From: Bdellovibrionales bacterium
GTDB lineage: Bacteria > Bdellovibrionota > Bdellovibrionia > Bdellovibrionales > UBA1609
Direction: 5' to 3'
Assembly: GCA_963692945.1 (NCBI GenBank)
Contig: OY843585.1
Coordinates: forward strand, 1,230,001-1,262,000
Length of the DNA stretch: 32,000 nucleotides
In this document: in pieces, positions 1-6,546 of the stretch
How positions within the stretch are numbered: the first letter of the stretch is position 1
Layout: each line of letters starts with the position of its first letter
Program-made: the position numbers and the translations under genes
The notes under the pieces: generated by a model
What the model saw: only the letters and a program-made list of their open reading frames with translations
Database searches by the model: none
Told to the model about the DNA's origin: nothing

Positions 1-771
1 AAAGTTCCTAAGCCTCCTAGCTTTGTTAAATCAGAAGCCTATCTACCTTTAAAACCTATATTACCTCCTGAAGAACAAAGAAAAATTGTAAAACCAGAAG
101 TAAAAAAGAGAAAACCAGAATGTGCCTCTGTTCCTCTAATAGATGAAGCTGTTGTTTTTCAAAGTGTGGAAGCCCCTCAAATAGAATTTATGGATGAGCA
201 AAAACATCCTCCTTATGACAACTATGATTTAGTTATGGGAAAACCTGCTGGTGTTCTAGTCACAATAGATGTGAAAAGTATGGACAAGAAATCTAAAAAC
301 AAACTAAAACTCCATAGAGATTTTAGACTTTCTTTATCTATACAAGGTATGAAAATATCTAAATGCTTTAGAGAACCTTTTGCTAAAAGAAAAAATAAAT
401 CGTTTAAAACAATGAAAAAAGAGGATGGGATACCTTGTCATTTAAAAAAATCAGAAATTTTAAAAGGTAAATTTCAAGTCTTTTTTCCTCTTCCTATGAA
501 TGAAAATTTTATGAAAAGAGAACTGAGAAGTTTACCTATTAAAGTAACTCTTTTCCCTAGATGGCAAATTGACAATCCAAAATGCTTAAGTGAAAAGACA
601 GTGAATATAAACACTTGGAGTACACCAGATTTGAATTTAGGTTTTACAGCAGTGGATAGTTATAAATGTAATAAATATAAATCTGTTCCTCCTAAAATGG
701 TCGGTCAATTTGCTATAATTCAAATGAGGTTACAAATTATATACCAGCTATGTTTCCTATTAACAAAGTAA
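1..771 (+). CDS. Hypothetical Pro/Lys-rich protein, 5'-truncated by the window edge; possibly the N-terminal part of the downstream HExxH protein
   Basis: Frame 1 has no stop from nt 1 (KVPKPPSFVKSEAYLPLKPILPPEEQRKIVKPEV...) into the listed 166..771 ORF, so the GTG at 166 is unlikely to be the true start. No domain recognised by eye. The last 22 nt overlap the next ORF. Confidence 0.5.
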   Translation, partial: KVPKPPSFVKSEAYLPLKPILPPEEQRKIVKPEVKKRKPECASVPLIDEAVVFQSVEAPQIEFMDEQKHPPYDNYDLVMGKPAGVLVTIDVKSMDKKSKNKLKLHRDFRLSLSIQGMKISKCFREPFAKRKNKSFKTMKKEDGIPCHLKKSEILKGKFQVFFPLPMNENFMKRELRSLPIKVTLFPRWQIDNPKCLSEKTVNINTWSTPDLNLGFTAVDSYKCNKYKSVPPKMVGQFAIIQMRLQIIYQLCFLLTK

Positions 772-1841
772 ATACTGGCATATTAAATTCTATAAGAGGA
801 CTTTGTAATAATAGACCAGTGAAACATAAAAGGTTTCGCCACCCTATATCTATTGGTTTATTAAAAGATGCAGATAAGTTGTATAAACTTATACATAACA
901 ACTCCTATGATAAAGTAGTAGCCATTGCTTCAATTGAATACTTTGATTTTCATAATAGAAAAACTGCAGCAGGGACAGTTATAAGACCTCGTTCAAATGA
1001 GAACCTTATATCTAGGATTTTAAAAGGACGTTATATTGGTGGAAATAACAATGTGACTTTTATTAGAGAAGATCAAGAAAATACAGGAACAATATCTCAT
1101 GAGTTGGCACACACTCTAGGACAAGGAAAAGAACAATATAAAAAAGCAAAAAGTTACTGCAAAGAATTTAAGGGTTCTGATCCTAATCCTTGTGAAGATC
1201 TCAAAATTGCTCGTGGTTTAAAGGCTACTAAAAGTAACAGATGGAGATTTATAGAAAATAAATATAGCATTATGAATAGTAGTAACAAGATTGGAAATCA
1301 ATGGATAGATAGAGATACCTTTCAAAAAATCTTTTATTTTCTTACAAATTTTGGAACTCATTTTCCAAGAACAAGCATGTCCAATAACAGATTAAAAAAT
1401 AGAGAAGCCATTACTATTTCTGGTTTTTATAATGAAAAAGAAGATATTTTTGTTGTTCCTACAAAAAGAAAAGTCAAAACCTATAAATCTACCCCTACTT
1501 TTCCAACAGAGAAATATAAAGATACTCCTGTTTTAACTTTTCAGTTCAAATATAATGAAAAGATTCTCAAAGAAATAAAAAGACCAATTTTTGAAATGGA
1601 AATCAAAACTTTATATAGTGACAAACCTCCAGAAGTTAAACCTTTTGACTTTTCACATGCTATGGCTTCTTTTGAGATTCCTAGAAATCACAAAAACAAA
1701 GTTTTTCAAATTCTTGTTTTAAATCCAAAAGAAAAAATCATTTATGATTCTAAATTTAGAATCAAAAAAAATAAAAAACCTAAACAACAAAAAAAGAAAG
1801 ATAAAAATGGAAATTTTGCTTTTCTTGACAAAACTTATTAA
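750..1841 (+). CDS. Putative zinc metalloprotease (zincin, HExxH motif)
   Basis: Single HExxH site in the context TGTISHELAHTLGQGKEQY. Lys-rich C-terminal tail (RIKKNKKPKQQKKKDKNG). No Shine-Dalgarno before the ATG at 750, and frame 3 is open back to 696, so the start is uncertain. Family not recognised. Confidence 0.5.
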   Translation: MFPINKVNTGILNSIRGLCNNRPVKHKRFRHPISIGLLKDADKLYKLIHNNSYDKVVAIASIEYFDFHNRKTAAGTVIRPRSNENLISRILKGRYIGGNNNVTFIREDQENTGTISHELAHTLGQGKEQYKKAKSYCKEFKGSDPNPCEDLKIARGLKATKSNRWRFIENKYSIMNSSNKIGNQWIDRDTFQKIFYFLTNFGTHFPRTSMSNNRLKNREAITISGFYNEKEDIFVVPTKRKVKTYKSTPTFPTEKYKDTPVLTFQFKYNEKILKEIKRPIFEMEIKTLYSDKPPEVKPFDFSHAMASFEIPRNHKNKVFQILVLNPKEKIIYDSKFRIKKNKKPKQQKKKDKNGNFAFLDKTY

Positions 1842-1859
1842 AAGAGGGTTAATTAAGTT

Positions 1860-2414
1860 ATGAAAGTATTTTTTTGTTTATGGTTAGGATTGATTATTGT
1901 TTCTTTTGGTTGTTGGGAAAAAGATTATAAAAACTATCCTCATAAAAAATATTCAATTAGAGAACCTGTGACTTTTCCTGATAAGAATTTGTCTGAGATT
2001 AGACTCTCTGGTGATTATTCTACATCAGGAACTAAGGAAAAGTTTGAATATAAAGGAAGCAATCCCTGCTATTATGTAAAAAAACCTAAAAAAGGAGATA
2101 TTTTAGATAAAAATTTAAGAGCTAGGCTTTATGATAAAGATGGCAATATACTTACCGAAGATTTCTTGAGAGTCTGGGATACTTATGATAAATATTTTAG
2201 AGTAATATCTTATCTTCCTTATGATGACAATGGTCATGAGATTCGCATTGTAAGATTAAAAGACAATCAGGAGGTAACTCTTGAAACCATTGAATTTTTA
2301 TCTGAATCTCAATTAAAAGAATTAGATGGTGGAGGGAGGCTTAACATCACTATTAACCATGGTTGGTATTTTAAAAAAGAAGCCCAGTGCTTTATTCCTC
2401 CTCCTTATAGATAA
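1860..2414 (+). CDS. Paralogous lipoprotein family, copy 1 (184 aa)
   Basis: Signal peptide MKVFFCLWLGLIIVSFGC. Shares the motifs LSGDYS.SG.KEKFEY.G, LRARLYDKDGNILTEDFLR, YLPYDDNGHEIRIVRLKDN and CFIPPPYR with copies 2 and 4. Conserved AATTAAGTT leader before the ATG. Confidence 0.75.
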   Translation: MKVFFCLWLGLIIVSFGCWEKDYKNYPHKKYSIREPVTFPDKNLSEIRLSGDYSTSGTKEKFEYKGSNPCYYVKKPKKGDILDKNLRARLYDKDGNILTEDFLRVWDTYDKYFRVISYLPYDDNGHEIRIVRLKDNQEVTLETIEFLSESQLKELDGGGRLNITINHGWYFKKEAQCFIPPPYR

Positions 2415-2464
2415 ATTTTTGTAAATTCTGCACTTTTAACGGAGCAAAAATAAAAGATTTAAGT

Positions 2465-2485
2465 ATTAGAATTTTAAATTCTAAT
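2465..2485. promoter_or_regulatory. Perfect 10+1+10 palindrome in the copy 1 / copy 2 intergenic spacer
   Basis: attagaattt-t-aaattctaat. The arms are exact reverse complements. A 1-nt centre suits a dimeric DNA-binding site better than an RNA hairpin. AT-rich, so chance is not excluded. Confidence 0.25.
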
Positions 2486-2558
2486 AGAAAAGTTCTTTAC
2501 AAAGCTCCTCTTATTAAAAAAGAAAGCAATGCTAAAAAAACAGAAGGAGAATAAGAAG

Positions 2559-2603
2559 ATGAGATTGACAAAAATCACTGGAAAAGAGTTAATTAAGTTA
2601 TGA
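2559..2603 (+). CDS. Possible 14-aa leader ORF (MRLTKITGKELIKL) ending in an ATGA overlap with paralog copy 2
   Basis: AAGGAG (2544-2549) lies 9 nt upstream of the ATG at 2559. The TGA stop (2601-2603) overlaps the ATG (2600-2602) of the next gene. Very short, A-rich and unvalidated. Confidence 0.2.
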   Translation: MRLTKITGKELIKL

Positions 2604-3163
2604 AGATGTTTTTTTGTTTATGGTTAGGATTGATTATTGTTTCTTGTGGTTTTCTAGAAGAAGATTATAATTCTGATTTTTCTGATTTTTTTGAAGTTTA
2701 TAATTCTGATTTTCTTCCTGAACAATCTTTTACATATCCTGATAAAAACTTAGGGGAAATTCAACTCTCTGGTGATTATTCTGTATCAGGAATTAAAGAA
2801 AAATTTGAATATAGAGGAATTAGATACTGTTATTATACAACAAAACCTAAAAAAGATACTTTGGATAAAAATTTAAGAGCTAGGCTTTATGATAAAGATG
2901 GCAATATACTTACCGAAGATTTCTTGAGAACCAGTGAAATTTTTAGAACTAGTACTAGAATTAACTCTTATCTTCCTTATGATGACAATGGTCATGAAAT
3001 CCGTATCGTAAGGTTAAAAGATAATAAGGAAATAACTATTGAAACCATTGAATTTTTATCTGAAGCTCAATTAAAAGATTTTAATGAAGGAATTGGATTT
3101 AATCCCGGATGGTATTTTAGAGGAGGGAGAGCTCATTGTTTTATTCCTCCTCCTTACAGATAA
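2600..3163 (+). CDS. Paralogous lipoprotein family, copy 2 (187 aa)
   Basis: Lipobox-type signal peptide MKMFFCLWLGLIIVSCG. Near-identical to copy 4 over most of its length. Carries an internal ~33-nt duplication (YNSDFSDFFEV/YNSDFLPE). Confidence 0.75.
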   Translation: MKMFFCLWLGLIIVSCGFLEEDYNSDFSDFFEVYNSDFLPEQSFTYPDKNLGEIQLSGDYSVSGIKEKFEYRGIRYCYYTTKPKKDTLDKNLRARLYDKDGNILTEDFLRTSEIFRTSTRINSYLPYDDNGHEIRIVRLKDNKEITIETIEFLSEAQLKDFNEGIGFNPGWYFRGGRAHCFIPPPYR

Positions 3164-3184
3164 GTTTATTGTAAAAATTAAGTT

Positions 3185-4111
3185 ATGAGAGCATTTTTAT
3201 TATTCAGCTTTTTATTATCAACCTGTTTAGGTTTTACATCTTGCAATGAGAAAAATTTAGGAACTATTCATCAATCTTCAGGGTCAGAAAATAATCAAGA
3301 AGATATTTCAGAAGAAAAACCCAATGAAGAAGATATTAAGTATTTTTTTATTCGTATGGATTATGAAATTTCTATGTGGGATATAGATACTGATGATTAT
3401 TATGATTCTGATTCTGGTTGGGTTTATGTACCTCAAGATATAGAAGAGGAATTTAATATAGTAGATTCAAAAAGAAATGTAGTAGATATAATGAAGATGT
3501 TAAAATTAGTAAAAATACTATGTGATGATGAAGAGGATGAGTGCATGGAAGAGCCAGCAGAACATGGAGAATGTGAAAATCATTATAAATATGGCCATGA
3601 ATGTTACTATAAAACAAATACAAATATAATAGAAGAGCATAAACAAATTGCTGAAGACTATACTTCTAAGTATAAAAAATATTGCACAGACTTTCCAAAA
3701 AATGAGATAGAGGCTCCTATTTTTAATGACAATATTCGTATTAGATTGTATGACAGGAATGATAAGATAATTGCAGAAAGCAAAGTAAAAGGAGATGTTT
3801 CAGCTCCAAAAACCTATGATGGTAGAACCTATTTAACTGGGATTTTAAAACTTCCTCCAAAAGAACAAAGAGAGGGATTAAAATATCGTATAGTTCATTT
3901 AGATGAAAATGGAAATCCAAAACCTTATCTTTTTCAAGGAGTAAAAAAACCGTTTATATATTATTTCTTAGAAGGCGATATTGAGTCTTATTCTAGAATA
4001 CAAAAGTACTGGAACTACGTTAAAAATGAAGAAAGTAATGAGTGTTACCATAAACCACGACGAAAATCTTGCAACCTATTACCATCTACAAGATGCATAT
4101 TAAAATATTAA
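3185..4111 (+). CDS. Expanded, divergent member of the lipoprotein family, copy 3 (308 aa)
   Basis: Signal peptide MRAFLLFSFLLSTCLGFTSC. The C-terminal half keeps the family motifs (IRIRLYDRNDKIIAES versus LRARLYDKDGNILTED; YRIVHLDENGNP versus IRIVRLKDNKE). The N-terminal half is acidic with a Cys/His/Glu-rich insert. Same AATTAAGTT leader. Confidence 0.7.
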   Translation: MRAFLLFSFLLSTCLGFTSCNEKNLGTIHQSSGSENNQEDISEEKPNEEDIKYFFIRMDYEISMWDIDTDDYYDSDSGWVYVPQDIEEEFNIVDSKRNVVDIMKMLKLVKILCDDEEDECMEEPAEHGECENHYKYGHECYYKTNTNIIEEHKQIAEDYTSKYKKYCTDFPKNEIEAPIFNDNIRIRLYDRNDKIIAESKVKGDVSAPKTYDGRTYLTGILKLPPKEQREGLKYRIVHLDENGNPKPYLFQGVKKPFIYYFLEGDIESYSRIQKYWNYVKNEESNECYHKPRRKSCNLLPSTRCILKY

Positions 4112-4140
4112 AGAAAACACAAATTCACTTGAATTAAGTT

Positions 4141-4671
4141 ATGAAAATATTTTTTTATTTATGGTTAGGATTGGTTATTATCTCTTGTGGTTTTCTAGAA
4201 GAAGATTATAATACTGATTTTCATTTGTTTCCTGAACTATCTTTCACATATCCTGATAAAAACTTAGGGGAAATTCAACTCTCTGGTGATTATTCTGTAT
4301 CAGGAATTAAAGAAAAATTTGAATATAGAGGAATTAGATACTGTTATTATACAACAAAACCTAAAAAAGATACTTTGGATAAAAACTTAAGAGCTAGGCT
4401 TTATGATAAAGCAGGTAATATACTTTCAGAAGATTTTTTGAGAACCAGTGAAATTTTTAGAACTAGTACTAGATTTAACTCTTATCTTCCTTATGATGAC
4501 AATGGTCATGAAATCCGTATCGTAAGGTTAAAAGATAATAAGGAAGTAACTATTGAAACCATTGAATTTTTATCTGAAGCTCAATTAAAAGATTTTAATG
4601 AAGGGATTGGATCTAATCATGGGTTGTATTTCAACAGAAAAACTCATTGCTTTCAGTATCCACATCATTAG
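4141..4671 (+). CDS. Paralogous lipoprotein family, copy 4 (176 aa)
   Basis: Signal peptide MKIFFYLWLGLVIISCG. Near-identical DNA to copy 2 except for a short central tract and a divergent C-terminus (NRKTHCFQYPHH instead of GGRAHCFIPPPYR). Confidence 0.75.
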   Translation: MKIFFYLWLGLVIISCGFLEEDYNTDFHLFPELSFTYPDKNLGEIQLSGDYSVSGIKEKFEYRGIRYCYYTTKPKKDTLDKNLRARLYDKAGNILSEDFLRTSEIFRTSTRFNSYLPYDDNGHEIRIVRLKDNKEVTIETIEFLSEAQLKDFNEGIGSNHGLYFNRKTHCFQYPHH

Positions 4672-4710
4672 AATCTACTATCTTTATAGAAAAAAAGGTT
4701 AATGTAAATT

Positions 4711-4752
4711 ATGAAAATATTTTTATTGTTAGGATTGGTCGCAATTCATTAA
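4711..4752 (+). pseudogene. Remnant of a fifth paralog 5' end (MKIFLLLGLVAIH, then stop)
   Basis: atgaaaatatttttattgttaggattggtc resembles the copy 4 start atgaaaatatttttttatttatggttaggattggtt. It is preceded by ttaatgtaaatt, which resembles the family leader, and hits a stop after 13 codons. Confidence 0.35.
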
Positions 4753-4853
4753 ATCCTTTTTTAAATGTTAATACATTAGAAAAACTAGTTTTAATGCAAA
4801 TACCAAAAACAAAAATAATCTGTATCTTACAAATTTTTAAGAATGCTTTGATC

Positions 4854-5858
4854 TTAAAACTTGGTCTTTAAAGAAAAAATCCATTCCTTTTTTTTAAGAA
4901 TAGCATCTTGTTCTTTCAACCATTCCACTGTAAAAAATAAATTTTTTGTGAAATAAAAATCTCCTCTGAAAAGATATTCTTCCATAAAATATTGATCTTT
5001 TTGTAATACACTCTCAGTTCTTCCAAACAAAAAGCCAAAAGACCATTTTTTCCATTTTAAATAAGGAAAAACATAGTAGGTCAATGAGTTTTGATGAGGC
5101 TCACTCTTTTTCACCCCCCAAAACTCTCCTCTAAAACCCAAAAGCAAAGATTTAATATCAAAAAATAAATCTGAACCAAAACCTAAAGATCGTATTTTTC
5201 CTTCTAAAAAAAACTTTTGTTGAAAGTAACTGGCAAAAAAACTTTTGTTGAATTGCTCATAAATAAAACTCGTAGTGAAGATAGGATATAGATCTGACTT
5301 TTGAATCAAATCAGTTCCTCTTTGAAGAGATGATGACTGCAAACTTGTCTTCCAATAAAAAGAAGGAACCACCTCTCTTTCTAACATTACTCCAATAGCT
5401 CTATCTCCTTCAAAAAAGAGAGTTTTATGCATTAAAGTTTTTTTGGAAAACAGATTTTCATTTTCTATCACATAGGACACAGGATAAGAAAAATAACCAA
5501 ACTGAAAACTAAACGGAGTAAAGTTTTGTTGCTTCACAAAAAAATTATCAATCGCATAAGCCCAATCTCCCTTTTGATAAGAAAACTCAATTTCCATCTT
5601 GATAAAATTACTTTTTGAAAAAGGATAATAAAACTCCATTTCTGTATAAGGAATCTCTGCTGACCAAGAATTGATTAAATTATTTTTTATTAAAGCCAAA
5701 GAACTTTCTAAATGAAAAGAAATATCAAAGTCTTTGTTATCTTTTTGTAAATCTTGTGTATCTAATGGATTAGATAAGTTTAAAGAAATTTCAGACCTGT
5801 TTTTATTAGCAAAAACTGTTTGTGCAAAAAATAAAATAAAAAATAAAATAGTTTTCAT
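4854..5858 (-). CDS. Putative outer-membrane beta-barrel protein
   Basis: Cleavable signal peptide MKTILFFILFFAQTVFA. Aromatic-rich alternating segments throughout. C-terminal residue is Phe (..IFSLKTKF), typical of BAM substrates. Family not recognised. Confidence 0.55.
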   Translation of the reverse strand: MKTILFFILFFAQTVFANKNRSEISLNLSNPLDTQDLQKDNKDFDISFHLESSLALIKNNLINSWSAEIPYTEMEFYYPFSKSNFIKMEIEFSYQKGDWAYAIDNFFVKQQNFTPFSFQFGYFSYPVSYVIENENLFSKKTLMHKTLFFEGDRAIGVMLEREVVPSFYWKTSLQSSSLQRGTDLIQKSDLYPIFTTSFIYEQFNKSFFASYFQQKFFLEGKIRSLGFGSDLFFDIKSLLLGFRGEFWGVKKSEPHQNSLTYYVFPYLKWKKWSFGFLFGRTESVLQKDQYFMEEYLFRGDFYFTKNLFFTVEWLKEQDAILKKKEWIFSLKTKF

Positions 5859-5897
5859 AAAAAAATTTAATTCAATCTCAAAAAGCTTTATTTGAAC

Positions 5898-6524
5898 TTA
5901 TAAAACTCTTGGAGATATTCTAGCTCCTTCAATCAAATTTGAGTGAGACAATTTAAGCCCCCATTTTACACCCTGACCTTTTGTATAAAAAATCAACCCT
6001 TCTGAAAGAGAGTCAACCAAGAGATTTTCATTACTTAAAATTCCTACCTTATGTTTTAAGATTCCATTTCTATTTACAAAATTTTCCCATATTTGAATAT
6101 GAAAACCGTAACTCACTCCATTTTCCACCTCTACAGTGAAATCTATTTCATTGTTATTTAAAAAATAATTTTCTTTTTTAAGTAAAAGTTTATCTGGGTA
6201 ACCTTGAATAGAAACTTTTACAACCAAATGAAATGCTTTTCTTTCAAACTGAACTCTCACTCCATCTTCCAAATCAAATCCTCTAAAATGACTAAATAAT
6301 TCCAACTGAGACATTTCAGAAGGAAGATAGGCTTTAATCAAGTAGTATTCCTTTGATAGAACTCCTGAAATAGGTTTCTTAGATAGAAATCTCATAACAG
6401 AATTGTCATTTTGAATAAGATTCATTTCTTCTATAGACAAATAGGTTTCAGACATAAAAAAAGAATTGCAAGAACAAAAACAAAATAAAATCTTAATAAA
6501 AATAATTACTAATGGTTTTCTCAT
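5898..6524 (-). CDS. Hypothetical lipoprotein (208 aa)
   Basis: N-terminus MRKPLVIIFIKILFCFCSCN has a signal peptide with Cys-containing lipobox-like end. Sits 39 nt upstream of the beta-barrel gene and 22 nt downstream of the ankyrin gene. Confidence 0.55.
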   Translation of the reverse strand: MRKPLVIIFIKILFCFCSCNSFFMSETYLSIEEMNLIQNDNSVMRFLSKKPISGVLSKEYYLIKAYLPSEMSQLELFSHFRGFDLEDGVRVQFERKAFHLVVKVSIQGYPDKLLLKKENYFLNNNEIDFTVEVENGVSYGFHIQIWENFVNRNGILKHKVGILSNENLLVDSLSEGLIFYTKGQGVKWGLKLSHSNLIEGARISPRVL

Positions 6525-6546
6525 CTCTTACTCTTTTTTAAAATGA

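Noticed and set aside
696-771. Programmed ribosomal frameshift joining the two protease ORFs
   Set aside because: There is no X-XXY-YYZ slippery heptamer or obvious downstream structure in the overlap. A simple indel, or two separate genes, is more parsimonious.
4647-4871. 74-aa ORF between the lipoprotein array and the OMP gene
   Set aside because: It starts inside the end of copy 4 and ends inside the convergent OMP gene. It has no SD and gives an Ile/Asn/Lys-rich nonsense-like peptide. The only meaningful content is the short paralog remnant at 4711..4752, which is in another frame.
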